Source: Eukaryota sp. TZLM1-RC
Taxonomy: Eukaryota > Protista > Metamonada: BaSk clade
Length of the DNA stretch: 64,000 nt
Assembly (NCBI GenBank): GCA_040285825.1
Contig: JAUPSS010000003.1
Location: 3,472,001 to 3,536,000, forward strand
Direction of reading: 5' to 3'
The position numbers and the translations under genes were made by a program. The notes beneath the pieces are model-generated. The model searched no databases and was not told the origin of the DNA. It saw nothing but the letters and a program-made list of their open reading frames with translations. Of this stretch, positions 21,901 to 35,142 are shown piece after piece; the first letter of the stretch is position 1; each line of letters begins with the position of its first letter.

Positions 21901-22379
21901 GTCAACCAAATACGAGGTTACAAGTAGAAACTCCACCTCCACTTTTACTGTACTACAATGCAAAGATACGGTTCTTGCTCCTCTGATATTTTTAGTCGTA
22001 AAGCCAGTACTTTAACAACAAAAGACGCCGCCTTCAGGTCTCTGAGGTTTGTTACTTTGCTTACTGTTGTTTTTGATCTAACATAGACCCTGCATAATCA
22101 TCAGCGAATCCATTCTTTGATTCCATGATACCTTTACTAAACGACACTACCACGTTTCTCGTTTACGAAAAAGGGAAGAAGCAGAGCATCATTATGTAGC
22201 GACTAAAACATACACAACAAAGTATTCAAGCACACAGATCTTGGTACGAGGCCCTTTTCAGTTATTGCTTACTGCCTTATACTAACATTGTTCTGGGAAA
22301 GTCATATTACATCAATTGTCGATCTTCCAAATGTGAACCCAGTGTTTGTGTGAATCACTACAATTACCACAAAGATAAT

Positions 22380-22574
22380 TGTAGACAATAGAAGACAGTA
22401 GAATTCAGTATTTAGTTCTTAGTATTTTTAGTTATTTAGTTATTTGTTATAATTTTGTTTCATATTCATATAAGCTGATTTATTTTGAAAAATGGAAGAA
22501 GCAGTGTTGGCGCCTTTGGGCTTATATTTTATGATTAGTAAATCAATCAATTTTTCCTCATTATCTTTATCTCA
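22380..22574 (-). repeat. Partial LTR (ends ...TGTCTACA), homologous to the LTR at 61128-61332
   Basis: Shared core TTCTTCCATTTTTCAAAATAAA(A)TCAGCTTATAT...AACTAAATA. Confidence 0.65.
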
Positions 22575-24500
22575 ACCACTTTTGCAACCTACGGCATCAC
22601 AAATACGCATCTGCGATGAGCCTGCTCGAATATTCTCGGCCAAGCAACAACTTGACAGTTTGCTTGTATTATATTCACTGGTTGACAAGTGCTTCACATC
22701 CTTTTGATAACACAACCATTTCCTAAAAGCCCTTGCTGATCCATATCGATTGACTTTTCGGCAATGAGAAGGGAAATTAGCAGAACCCACAGCAAGATAG
22801 AGTTTATCAGGATGTCCAGCCAGCCTTTGAAATTTGTTGAGACTCTCTCTAAACCGTCTCTCTTTTCGTCTGCGGTTTTCAAATTTAAGTATTTTCCATT
22901 TCTGGCGATTACTTTCCAAATACATTTTTTTGCTGACCAAATTCCACTGGTTCAAATATTGGTTGAAATTTTGAACGGAATATTAGTTGGGAGAATGTTT
23001 ACTGGGTGAAGGTTTTGTCATGTACCTTCTGCCAGTTGGACAAGGGATAACTCCACATTGATAATCATTGAAGAAGTAACCACATAATCTAGATTGGCCC
23101 AGATCAACACCAATAAGGGGCCTTTCAGGTAAATTCTCGACTGGGTGTCTACATCTTCGACGGGATATTTTTTTAGTACCCTTCAACTATGTTTCTCTGG
23201 TTTTGTTGGCATTAGGGTCACTTTTCATTTCTTTTTTCAATCCTTGTTTCTTTTTCGGTGGTTCATCCAGATCACCTGTGTTTTTTGAGTCATTAGTTTT
23301 GCCTTAAAGGGTCAAAAGCAGTTTATTACCATTAGTCTTGAATAACAATTTTTTAACTCTATTTTTCAAACTGTTTCTGTTGATATTGAATTTTTGGTAG
23401 TTATGATTAGTTATGATTTAATTTAATCAAGTGTGCGAATTCAATAAATTGATTTTTGGTAAGAAATCTGTTTGAATATCCGTTTCATAGACATGTATAT
23501 TTGATAAACTTTGTTTTGGAAGATGATCCTTCAATAAGTGGGAATTTTTTTTCACAGATTGGAAAACATCTGAAGGTATTTCAAGAAATTTAAAACCTTT
23601 ATGAGAAGCTAAAGGTATTATTCTAAATTTCTTCCAGCAATGCATATGAGAAAAGAAAGTGAGTAAGTATTGTGAAATTTTAAGATTAAAGAGAAATAGC
23701 TCACCAATTTCATCATCTGAAGACAGTAGGGAAGCATCGGTAGGAAATCTTTGAAGGAGATTCAAGAAAAACTTACATGCATTTAATAAAAAAAATCTTT
23801 CTCTTGAATTATTCAGATTGAAATTGATGTAGTGTTCAAGAACAGAATCAACAACTACTGCCTCGGGTTGGGTTAATGGTTCATCTGGCAAAAGGGAAAG
23901 AATATAATTGGCAGATACATTTGTTTTATCTAGAGCTCTACAATGAGCACGAATAAAGTTTTTTGTCCAAGATTGACAAATTTCAAGTAAAGTTGTCTTC
24001 ACATTAGACGCCAATTGACGAGCTCGACAAGCAAGGTAAGGAGAAAGCCCTTTTCTATTGATAAAATTACAATTCTGACACTGCAGCCAAGCATTGAGAA
24101 AAAGTTTGAATGAATTTCTATAAGGAACTAAAAAACTTTCCCATGAAAAAACAAGAGATCTGTCTTGTGGGCATTTAGGAAGAAATCCACTGTAAAAGAT
24201 ATGGAGTAATTGGCGTTGGCCTTTAGATGTGGAAGGCTTTGGAAAAGAACCAGTGGTGATGACGGTCATTAAAAGCTACCATACATCCTGTTCCACTAAA
24301 GCTCTAGATACCAACGGAACTTTTAGAAGAAAATATTGAAGCAATAAAGAAGCTTCATGACAAATCTCGGTGACCAAAAGGAGGTCAGTCCGAATTTGTT
24401 GCACCGCTGCAGGGGTCAGCAGCGAGTTAAGTGCACAAGACTGAGTGAATACACGTGACACAGAGTGGGTGTCTAACAAGTAATGAGAATAAACAGCTCA
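22575..24500 (-). pseudogene. Fanzor1 (TnpB-like) nuclease pseudogene A, truncated before RuvC-III
   Basis: N-terminal helical segment (VTEICHEASLLLQYFLL), FKTNG (TDG-like), RuvC-I IGVDLG, RuvC-II TSEYNTSK plus Cys pairs; contains stops and frameshifts. Confidence 0.8.
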
Positions 24501-25565
24501 TCTATCAAATTTTAAACTTGTCACCCCATTTTCGACTTTTTGTTGTTTCTTCTGGGAGGTTTTCACTATTCCCACACTTTCCCCTCATTTCATAAACTAG
24601 GTTCTTATTTCCCTCACTTAACTTCTTTTCTCGAGCTTTAGGACTCCCCTGTAATCTTTCAACTTCTTTCTATTACTCTCTTAGTTCATGCCCCACTACT
24701 GGATTTCCACAAACTGCAACTTATGCTGCTCTACCACCGACGCCTCACCCGGTACAGTCCATGAACACACCTCCTGCTGCTCACTCATCCGGTAATAATA
24801 CCAGGAAAACTTTCCTTGAAAGCTCTTATTGGAAGTTAAACAAAACTGTAAGTCATTCATCAAACAAAAACGCTTCTGTCCCTAGCGTTTCACTTGGTTT
24901 GAAGCTTTTTAATAGCATCTCGAAGTAAAATGTTAACATTGAGCTAAACGAACGAGAGCTGGAAGCACTTTTCAATACTGTTGAAGATATCTCTGTTCAT
25001 TTAGACAATCTGTTATAAAGAAAGTTATTTTGTAAATAAATAGTTGATGTTTTTTGTTGTTTATTTGAACATTGTTGGCACGTTATTATGCTAAGAAGCT
25101 CCTGAACTGTGTGTTCTAGGTTTTCTTTGTTTCATGTCTACACCATTAAGTAAAAGTTGAAAACTAAGGCCCATAGATGTCGTAGTGAGAAACCAGACGT
25201 TGGTGCAAGATCTGGTTTGTGAAAAATAATACACCAAAATGCAACTAAAGTGAAAACCACAGTAAATTGTATTGAACAATTTTAGTGAACAACAGTTTTT
25301 TTGGACAATAGCTGGAAGCACAGTGGCATGAGATAAGAAAGAGTGGTGATTAGACTAGTAAAAAGCAAAAACTAAGGCAGGGGGATTATGAGGGGGATTA
25401 GAGTCAAAGTGAGGGGGTTTTTTCCTCACCCTGAATGGCCACCATAAAAATAAAACTACAGAACAGAACAGAATCTCCTCAGTCTTAAAACCTCCTCTTC
25501 ACTATCGCTTTCATTATCTGTAGACCGCACAATTGTTGCTGAATCAGCATATTAATTCCTTAAGA

Positions 25566-26603
25566 ATGATCAACCCTTCTGAACAATTGCTAATACCAAA
25601 AAAACAGAACAATCCCACGATTGGTGGTGTTCTGGGGTTCACCTACCTCTCAATCGGAATTGCTATGCCTTTCTATAATTATGCACTTTTCCACAGCAAA
25701 GGTAAAGTTCTTCCAGGCTTTCCGTTCCCCATCACTTCTACTCTTCTTCAACTACTCGGAGTAGTCCTTGTGCTGTCGATTATTGGACTCTTTCGCAAAC
25801 TTCCCTCCCATCGCCGAGCTTTTGGTCGTTTATTCATGCAAAGACTGAGTATTCTTTGGCCAGCGTCCCTTTCCCAAGCAGTCAACATTGTCTTGATGAA
25901 TACAGGGCTCTTCATGCTTGATGTTTCGCTCCATGTGCTGTTAAGAGCCAGTGAAATAGTTTGGGTTGTTGTCCTCTCGTTGTGTTTCAAGAAGGAGCGA
26001 CCGACCTTGAAGGTAGTTCTTAGTTGTTTAGTCACTTTAATCGGTACTTGTTTCATTGTTTTACATATAGTTTCAATAAAAGGTATTAGTGGTGGAACAA
26101 TGACTGCATTAATTGTTCATTTTTTCACTACTATTTTATCTGCACTCAACATCGTATCATTCAGAGTGTTGTCCACAAAACTAAAAACATGCTTAATCCA
26201 CCCAATTGATGCAACGGAACTTACAATATTGAATTTGACTACAATGTCCATTTTAATCATACCCTGTGTAGCTATATGGGAGCGGGATGCAATATCAACA
26301 TTATTCAAGCCCAATCCTGCATTATGGATAATGTTATCTGCTGGTTTGGTTATTACTTCATTGTACAAGTTGTCATTCACTGCATTAATTACGCATACCA
26401 CAGCTATCACTGTGGGAGTTGTTGCTCAAATGAAGATCGTTCCTCAGGTGGTGTTGGATGTCGTGGTAAATGGAAAGTACGGCGGGAGGGGTTCAAAATA
26501 CCTGGTGATAGGTTCTTTGGTGACTTTTGTTGGGGTTATTTGGTACACAATTTTGAAGTACAACATGGCTAAACAACGAGCTCAATTAGAACTTAAGAAT
26601 TAG
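25566..26603 (+). CDS. SLC35/triose-phosphate-translocator-like DMT transporter
   Basis: About 10 TM helices, FPFPITST, TTAITVGVVAQMK. Confidence 0.8.
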   Translation: MINPSEQLLIPKKQNNPTIGGVLGFTYLSIGIAMPFYNYALFHSKGKVLPGFPFPITSTLLQLLGVVLVLSIIGLFRKLPSHRRAFGRLFMQRLSILWPASLSQAVNIVLMNTGLFMLDVSLHVLLRASEIVWVVVLSLCFKKERPTLKVVLSCLVTLIGTCFIVLHIVSIKGISGGTMTALIVHFFTTILSALNIVSFRVLSTKLKTCLIHPIDATELTILNLTTMSILIIPCVAIWERDAISTLFKPNPALWIMLSAGLVITSLYKLSFTALITHTTAITVGVVAQMKIVPQVVLDVVVNGKYGGRGSKYLVIGSLVTFVGVIWYTILKYNMAKQRAQLELKN

Positions 26604-26855
26604 TTTATCTTCTGCTTACTATTGGTTTTTTATTTAGTTTTTATTTTTTGCTTAGCAAATTAAATTTATTTTTAAGTATTTATTCAATATTTTGCAGTTT
26701 AGTTGGATGATGATGTGTTATTGAACCACTGTCTTGGGATTCCTGCCATTAACCTCCAGGAATTGCTGTGAATTACTTAAATTCCCTTTTTTTGTGTGAA
26801 AGTAGAGGAATCAAATAATTACTCTATGATTAAGAATTTCTCAAATTGCAGAATC

Positions 26856-27240
26856 TATTGGTGTCACAAAATTGTGCACATAATTTTAAAATCTTATCTT
26901 TTATCAATTTGTCTATACCCAACTCTCTTTTCGCCCCTAGACAGCTATCTGATCATCGTGGCTGCTCCAATACTGTCAATATGGGTTGTACCTTTAATGT
27001 CCTTCTCTATGGTAGGTACTGAGATACTGATCTACAGCATGAATCATATTAAGAACAGCATTGACACTATGATTCCATAGACATCCACACTTCTTGCAAG
27101 TGAGTAATCCATGTCTAAGGGCCGTTGAAGTCTTTGTTCTCCTGCAAGGTCTTGGGTTAGGTACTCAGTTTATTTCCTTCTTAGAACAGTTGTTGGACTT
27201 GATATTCAACAGAAAATGCATTTTCTCAACTGTTAGAACG
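26856..27240 (-). mobile_element. Fanzor1 3' fragment B with downstream non-coding tail and a putative Tc1/mariner-type terminus
   Basis: Not in the ORF track. The minus strand reads VPNPRPCRRTKTSTALRHGLLTCKKCGCLWNHSVNAVLNMIHAVDQYL..., with a stop at 26994. It ends at TA|TTGGTGTCACAAAATT (plus strand). Confidence 0.75.
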
Positions 27241-27256
27241 AATCAAAACCACTGAA

Positions 27257-30200
27257 TTGTTGCGAAATGATAATACAGAATATCTGGCTGAACATCTACA
27301 TCAAGTATTCCCTATTCTTGATGAAATGAGACTGTGTTTCTTTCATCCTCGTTTCCAATCTATTGTGGAAAAACCGCCAATGAAAGTTGTAAAAAGAGGA
27401 ATAAATAAAACAATCAAGGACCATGACAAGTACTTTGATTTCTAAGTGTTTTCACAATAGCCACTTTGCTACTGTCAGAGGAACATCCTTCTTTTTTTTG
27501 CTGTGTCAATATGAAGATACTGAGTATAAGAAGTTAAAGATTGATTTGATGAATGGTTGTGATTTTGATGCCCTTCAGATTGATACAACATTTTCCACAT
27601 ACGAAACTGCGTATTCAATGCATGAATACGAACATGATGCGTTATTTGATTTTAATGATTTCTCAAATAAACTACACGATTTAAGGGAATCAATTAAATT
27701 AGTATTAAGGGGAATGTTTGTTGCGAAGTCAAACGAAAATATTTCACATTTGGAACTATCAAAAATTGAAGCCAAAAAATAAGAGAATGTCTAAATCCAC
27801 AACTTCATTTTTTACACAATACTCAAACAGGACAATTTTTGTAACAACAATGAGCAACTCTGAGACTATTGCAACCAAACCGCCTCTTTATTCTTTTCAT
27901 TCTAAACAGGATCTTGTGCAAACTCTCAAGTTTTGGGTTTTCCAACGTCATTTTCTAGTTCTGATTCTTTTGTCTAACTTATATGGACGATTTAACAGTG
28001 TTATAAATGAAGACCCTCCGTTGAGTGTAAGTAGACAAGAGTAGAAAGAAATGTATTCTGTAAAACTCATAGTGGTAGGCTAAAGTAATTTGAAGGTTTG
28101 AGGAGTAAATCATGTTGCTATTGATGACGTCATACGGCAGCTTAGTTTTTGTGCAACAGAAGGTAAGAGAAAAATTGTTGCACGACAAAATTATGTCCTA
28201 TTATGAGGTTGTGTTAAAAGTGAAGTTGTGTAATAAGTTGTGGACTTAGACATTCTCAAAAATTATTAAAAATATGGATATATCGAATCGCACTTTGAAA
28301 CAGAAAATTAGTTTTAATTACCTGAATTTCTTTTATCCAATTCTAAAAAACCTTGATGATGAGCTTGGTCAAAGAAGGATTCAATTTCGAGATAATGCAT
28401 CAATGAATCGAGTTTTCCACTACACAGCCAAACAAATTACAATTAATTATGGCAATAATCTCAGCAAACACTTTTATGAATATGTTTTGCGCTGGTTAAA
28501 CATTATCACCTTCAAGAACTTCAGACTACAACAAATTCAGGAAAATCATTTGAAGAAAGAATTATTGACTAAACTCAACAAAGTCAGGGAAGCCATTATC
28601 GGTGTAAATTATGATGAACTTTTAATTTAGTTTGTTTAGTTAATTTCAACTTTGATTAAGGGTGAAAAATTTTATTATACTCAATCAGCCGACCCATTGA
28701 AATTTCTCTCTCATGCTGTATAAATTAACAGAAACATTCAATCATTTTGTTCCCAGGATGGCAAACCTTTGTCAGTGAGTAGGCCTTTTTCATTGACATT
28801 GATCCTTTTACATTGATTCCACAGCATATAAGACTCGATACTCATTGGTTCAATAAAAGATTTAGCAAGTTCAAAGAGAGAACAAATGACATAAGATCAT
28901 CAGTTTTTACCGAAATACTAACTGATAAGGCTTTAGATTCCTACAAACGGGAGACTAAAGGCTTTCAATTGAAATTCTCCTCAATTATAACAGACGGGAT
29001 TGCTTATTCAGTGGTCTTAATTCGTAAAGACCTGGTTGATGGAAATGGGAATGTTTTCAAAAAATTTACTTCCAAGATGTCAGCGCACCCAGAGCGATAC
29101 AACATTCCTTGTCTGAAAATGTGGAAAAAATGAAGTTAAAAGATAAAAGAAAAGTTGCCATTGACCCTGAACGAGTACGATTTAATGCACTGTGTTTCTC
29201 CAAATTCTGCTGTAACTATTAACCCAGAAAAAATTTCACAAAATGAGTTCTCTAAAAAAAGACAACTTCCAGAAATCAGAAATAAAAAACGCAAAGGTAT
29301 TAAAAGAAGAGAGAAACAATTACAAAATCTATCAATCTATTCCAACTCTGAGTCTGATTATGTACGGCTGAAACCCAAACACTGGTGAAACACGTTCAAA
29401 AATACAGCCGGTGAACGCCATTTTGACAGAAAAAGCACTAAATATCGTTCAACGGAAAAAAGAAAATTGGAAAATTGGAAAGTAGAATTACCTGATGGTG
29501 ATTACTCGGGTCAGGATATTTTAAATCAATTTTCTTTATTTTGTAACAGACAGACAACAAAAATCTTGTTTCAGTCAACATTTTGGTCATTACATCAAGG
29601 AATTTGAGCGATACAATGTTCATATGAATATTTTTTACCCAGATGTATGGTTCAGAAAAAGAAAATTTCAAACGTATTCGAAAAATCAAAGAAATGGAAA
29701 AAACATGTTGAAAAGATTCAAATTGACCTTTGGCTCCCCTGAAGACGTAGTTATTGGTTATGGTGGCTGGAGGTCGAAAGAAAATACAAGAAAGGGAAAA
29801 ACGTCAACCATAAGAGAAACCGAAATTCGCAAACTATTAAGGAGATTTGGTTATCGAATTTTCTTAGTTGATGAATATAGAACGAGTAAATCCTGTTCCA
29901 GTTGTGCTGTCAAGGGAATTTTTAGAGAATGTGTCAATGATTCTAGTGTTAAAGTGTTAGGTCCTAAGGGCAAACGACAACTAAAAAGAAAAGCAAAAAA
30001 GTTAAAACAAGAAATTGAACTATTTAATCAAAACAATCCTACTAGAAAAAGAGATTTTCAACAAGAATGGGGTGAACAAAAGGATTCACTAGAAGAAAAA
30101 GCAAAATCAACACCGTGGGGTTTAGTGAAGTGTCAGCCGTGCATCACGTAATGGAATAGAGACTTCAACTCTGCCATAAATATATATTCCAATATAACAT

Positions 30201-30496
30201 CTGTAATCAACGCTGAAGGTAGACCACCCATTTTCGAGAGACCAAAAACTCAAACAAAAGATTTCGAAAATGGACCATCTACTTCACAGAGAAATCAGAA
30301 AAAGAGGACTGCTGAGAAGGACAAAAAACCGAGAAGATGTATATGTCGCGGAGAAGGCCACAACAGAAGAAACTGTCCATCGCAAGTTCCTGAAACAAGC
30401 ACATCCTCATCGGGTGCTAAAAGAAGACAGGGAGGAACTAAAAAGAGAGTAGTCAAGAAGATCGATCTCTGCAGAAGAAAATACAGTCCATCTTAA
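27257..30496 (+). pseudogene. Near full-length Fanzor1 pseudogene C with a C-terminal Zn-knuckle extension; interrupted by a MITE
   Basis: KPPMKVVK, NYGNNLSKHF, IPQHIRLDT, ITDGIAYSVVL, RuvC-I AIDP, FRKRKF, FG...IGYGGW, RuvC-II LVDEYRTSKSCSSC, WGLVKCQPC, RuvC-III WNRDFNSAINI. Confidence 0.9.
27783..28257. mobile_element. MITE with ~60 bp TIRs (Mutator-like)
   Basis: GAGAATGTCTAAATCCACAACTT... and ...AAGTTGTGGACTTAGACATTCTC, with an imperfect ~9 bp A-rich TSD (AAAAAATAA/AAAAATTAT). Confidence 0.8.
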
Positions 30497-30647
30497 ACGA
30501 TATGGCAGTTGTAATGAAAAATGGATATCCAATGTAGGTTTGGTAAATGCGTTTGGATTTGCACTCACAGTCAAGAAAACAAGCAATTCTTATTGGAACT
30601 CTGCATGTATTTGGGTTTTATTTTTGCAAAATTTTGCTTCTTGTTCA

Positions 30648-33600
30648 ATGAAGACTGCTAAACCGATTCCTGACATTCTTCCCAAGGTCAAGGATCTCGA
30701 TCCTGACTTTCGCTATGTGGCCTTCATGGATCTCAAAGCTTTTGTAGAAACACATCGCTCTCTTCAAAATTATTCTTCTGACGTTGCCTCTGCTTTGTAT
30801 GATGGATTTTTTGATCAGTATGGGTTTCGTCAACGTACTTATTTACAGAATAGCAGATGTTCGAACCATTGCTGTTCGTAATTCTGCGACCATTCTTCCA
30901 TTCATGGAGGATTCAGACATCATAACGCTGTTTGAAAGGGTCAGCAAAAAACTCACCGTGTCCGATCCCAATGAACAGAAGGTTGCTGACAGTGCTGCCG
31001 TTGCTTTGCGATCAACAGCCAATGTAATCAAGTCTTTTTCTTCTGAACGACACCACATCTTTCACTCTGCTTTCAATACTTTGCTCTCCCTCACTTCAAA
31101 GGATGCTGAGAATGCCAGAATATCTGCTCTTGAATGTCTTGCAACCCTACTCCCCAACATTGAGCCAGACGTTCTGGGTTGCTACTCCAATCTCGACGGC
31201 CTCTTCAATGCATTCCTAGCCAACATGTGTCACCCTGCAGCCCTCGTCCGTAAGTCCTGTGTGTCCTGTCTTTCTGCAGTGGCATCCATCTTGCCGAGTA
31301 AGTACTTGTTAGAGGTGATGGAACAACTTATCAGAATGTTGGAAGGAACCCCCAATGGATTGGCTGTCTCAAAGTCAGTTCTTACAGCTTTAAAGGAAAT
31401 TATCAGAAATACTGGGACTTCAACAGAAAAGTTCATTAATGTTCTTTTTGGTCGTTCTTTTGAGCTGTGTGTCTCGTTGATTCCAGAAGACTTTTCTTCT
31501 GCAATCGGAATTGAAAGAGATTTACAAGATGACACTTTGGAAGCAGGGCTGTTGTTAATTTCCCAACTATTTGTTTCTTTCAAAGACCAACAGATACATG
31601 GTTTGAATGACCTTATCAAGCAGATTACTGAGAAGTGTCTATCCTGGATGAAGTTTGATCCCAATGTAGTTCACGAGGTACCAGAATCAATGGAGCATGG
31701 TTTCGATGGGGAAGGGGAATTTGATGATTTTGAGGACTTTCAAGAAGAATTTGGTGGGGAGGATGAGTTTGTCAGTGAGGAGGAAACGACTGATAGCTCA
31801 TGGAAAGTTCGAAAAGGAAGTGTTAACGTGATTAGAGGTCTGATTGATTGTCAATCATTTCATCACGTATTTGATGATGTCAGCAATGCAGGCTTTACCA
31901 TTATATCTTCAGTTATCTCTTGGTTACAATATGAGCGTTCAGTATTAGTTTTGAGTGATGTTTTTGATCTTTGCCGTACTTTGGTTACAAAGTTTCATCA
32001 GTCATTCACTAATGAACAAGCAATTATTCTATTGGAATCCATCGCTCAGCATATTCACCCTGCGAAGGACACTCGCCTTGAATTTGTTGCTTTTCTCACT
32101 GCAGAAAGTATAGTCAACTCCTTGGACCTTGAACCTTGTTTGGTTGAGTACTATTCGAAATTACTGGAAATTTGTAAAATTAAAGTCCAAGGCCTCGAAG
32201 TAAATAATGACATGAGTCTTTGCGAGTCTATGTTTGGGTTCATATGCTCAACTTATTCTAAAATTTTAAGCTGTAAGGAGAAAATTTTCAATGTGGAATC
32301 TTTCTCATTTATATCGGCAATTGTGCCATTCTTATCACCAATTCATACAGCCTTGTTGAAATCTCTCAATAAAGTAGTTGTTTGTCTGTCGGTTTTGGCT
32401 CGTTATTTGAGCCATTCAGACCCTAATTTCGATAATATCATTGATCTTTTAGGTCAAAATGCTCTGAAATTGCTCAACAGTTCGGAAGTGGATCAAACAT
32501 GCAAAATTTCAGTTCTGGAACTTGTCAAAGAGGTGTCAATCCAAAAATTTGATCTCTTTCAAAATATTTTGATTGACTCTATGATTGAAAAGGTATCTCT
32601 TCATAATTTACCAATAAGCTTATATGCTTTGAGAACCTTCACCACCATCCTGAATCACTTTCAGCAAGATTCAACCCGCCTACGTTCGATTCCCAGTGAT
32701 ACAGTTTTTGATGCAATAAATGCTGCACTTTTCCATTTGTCAATGGTCCAAGTTCCGCACCAACAAGCTGCTTTGAATTTTTTACATTCTATCTTTTGGT
32801 TTAATTCAGGTTTTGTTGAACAATTTTCTCAAAATGAGCAAATAGTTTCCTACCTCATCAAAACTTTAAACAGTGGCAACACTAATGTTGGTTTAATTTC
32901 TTCTTGCCTAGCAGTTGCCAGATACTTTATCAATAATTCAGAAGTTATGAAGTCTATCATTTCTTTAGCCAAGCAAGGAATTAAGTCGCCAACCCTAACT
33001 CAAATCTTGATTCATGTTGCTAAGCAAAATCCAACTCAAATTGAACATTTAATCTTTGAGTTAATTCAAGGGAAGAGCTTTGATGTCTCGTTCCATATTG
33101 GTCACTTATTGCTTAATCAAAACTCAAAGGATTTACCAGAATTAACTGAAAAATTAAAGGGGTTTGTGGCAGAGAATTTCTCAACTCAATCGGAAGCAGT
33201 TATTAACTCTCTCTATTCACTGGGATATGTCAGTCAAAAGATTGATCTTTTCGAGGAGCTTGTAGTAGTAGTTGACGAAATATTGAAAAATTCATCCAAC
33301 CAATCATTTAGCATTGAATTCAGAAGTGCATTATCTTGGTTAATTGGTTCTTTTACCACTGGTTCAATTTCGAAATCACTGAATAATTTTACTTTCCCAA
33401 ATATTAAAAAGTTCTCAAATAATCCATCATTATTGACTATTTATTTCAGTGGCTTGTACTGGACTGTCTCTTTTATGAGGAAAGATTTGTTGAATTATTT
33501 GCCAGATATTTTCCATCAAATTATTGACCCTCAACTGCTATCGGCATGTTCTGGTGATGTGGGTCAATCAATCAGATCTACAGTGTCTGATATTATAGGT

Positions 33601-34479
33601 CGCTTGCTTCTGATTGATCCCAATCAAGTGTCAAGTCTTGTCAAGTCATCTCTTGATTCAATCAAAACTTGTTCAAATTTGGAAATTGTAGAACTTATCC
33701 ATGTGGTATTGATCAATGGTCTTTCATTTTCTTTGAGTCAAAGGTCAGAAATTAACTCAGTTTTGGCCACTGATGAGATTTGCACTGTTTCTGACCGCTC
33801 CACGATTGCTGACGTCACCTTCCCAGTCGTTTTGAACTGTTTGTCCTATTTCCCTGACAACATTTCTATTCTACGGGTTTGTTGTGAATATTTCTCTTCA
33901 GTGCTTCATTCCATTCCTTTGGTTTTCTCCAAGTTTATTTCTCAGGAATTAGTTGATTACTTTATTACCCAGCTCAACTTTAAGGACGAAAAGTTCCAAA
34001 AATTTAAGGTCAAAATCAATATTGGACCTTTTCCAATTGAAATAGATCACCATTTACCATTAAGAAGACTTTGCATAGATGTACTGTCACAACTGGCTCA
34101 TCATGATTTACTCTCCACTCCGCAAGTCTCCAATGTTCTTGTTGTCTTTGCCAGTCAGTCTTTTCAAGACCAACCCGAGGCAGCTGTCCCTGCCATCACT
34201 ACGTTTAAAACCTTGGCCAGAGATTCGCGGTATTATGACACAGTTGCCACCAAAGCTGCTCCTCATGCTGCTTACTCGATATACGAAGCCTTAAGAAGAG
34301 AGAAGCCTGAGAAGCTCAGTCCTGATGAGTCTAGTTTATTTGATTCAAAAGTTAAGGAATGTTTGGTTGTTTTCAAGATGTTGACTCAAATTCCAGGAAT
34401 TAACGAAAACAAGAATGTAAAATCTGTTGAAAAAATGATAAATGGAGCATCTTTTAAACATAAGAAACTGTTGTCTTAA
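30648..34479 (+). CDS. CAND1: Cullin-associated NEDD8-dissociated protein 1; intron at 30818-30848
   Basis: DPDFRYVA, FDPN...acidic stretch...DSSWKVRK, IGPFPIEIDHHLPLRR. The 31 nt GTATGG...TACAG intron joins the two frames. Confidence 0.9.
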
Positions 34480-34552
34480 ATGTAAACCACAATAAATGTC
34501 TAATTTTTTTCTATTTACATCAAAAAAACATGTACAATTACCGCAAAAAATA

Positions 34553-35142
34553 CTATTCCTCGTCACTGACATCTGAAAAATCATCTACATTAGAACACTT
34601 AGCAGGGTGGTCAAAATCAACTGAGTTGGCCTCCACCTTCTTGACATGCTCCTTCCCTATACGGAAAGCATGTTGATCAGCATAGGAACGTGCCTTTTTA
34701 TGGAAGTCCTCCTTCGATTTCATGTATAGACGGGCAGCTTCACCATTCAGTGGATCCTGAGATAAGGTTTAACGAAGGCAGTACATACACTTGGATTTGG
34801 ATAGAGGAGAAGCTGTTGCAGAAAGGTGTCAAACACATGGTTCAGGTTGAAGACAGAGCTCCAATTCTGGCTGAGGACATCCAGACATATACTTCCACTG
34901 GAGAGATCCACGTTGCAGTGATATATCTTTGTTTCAAAGCCCACACTTGGGGACTTGTAAGGATAGGAGGGGGGGAATTCCAGTCTGATCTTGAACTGGT
35001 AACCATGATAGCAAGTGTCCTCTGGTCCATTGAAATAGACATAGACTGTATTGAGATTATCAGTCGTTTCCACTCTGTAACCAGCCATGAGAAGCCTCAT
35101 GATGTCTTTCTGAATACGAGCATTAGCATGTGCTTTGGACAT
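34553..35142 (-). CDS. Ubiquitin-conjugating enzyme E2 (Ubc8/UBE2H-like); intron at 34757-34788
   Basis: [17 protein letters not shown]...ICLDVL. Splicing the 32 nt GTATGT...CTCAG intron restores [13 protein letters not shown]. Confidence 0.9.

Noticed and set aside
22380-22574. Sequence after Fanzor A, also present at 61.2 kb, as a conserved omegaRNA; TGA-GAT-AAA-GAT read as RuvC-III 'WDKD'
   Set aside because: The 61.1 kb copy has LTR-type inverted termini (TGTAGCCTA...TAGGCTGC) and the 22.4 kb copy ends in CTACA. An LTR truncating the Fanzor explains it better.
30540-30881. Separate 113 aa ORF overlapping CAND1, and the TTG start at 30784
   Set aside because: Both are explained by CAND1 exon 1 plus a 31 nt intron.
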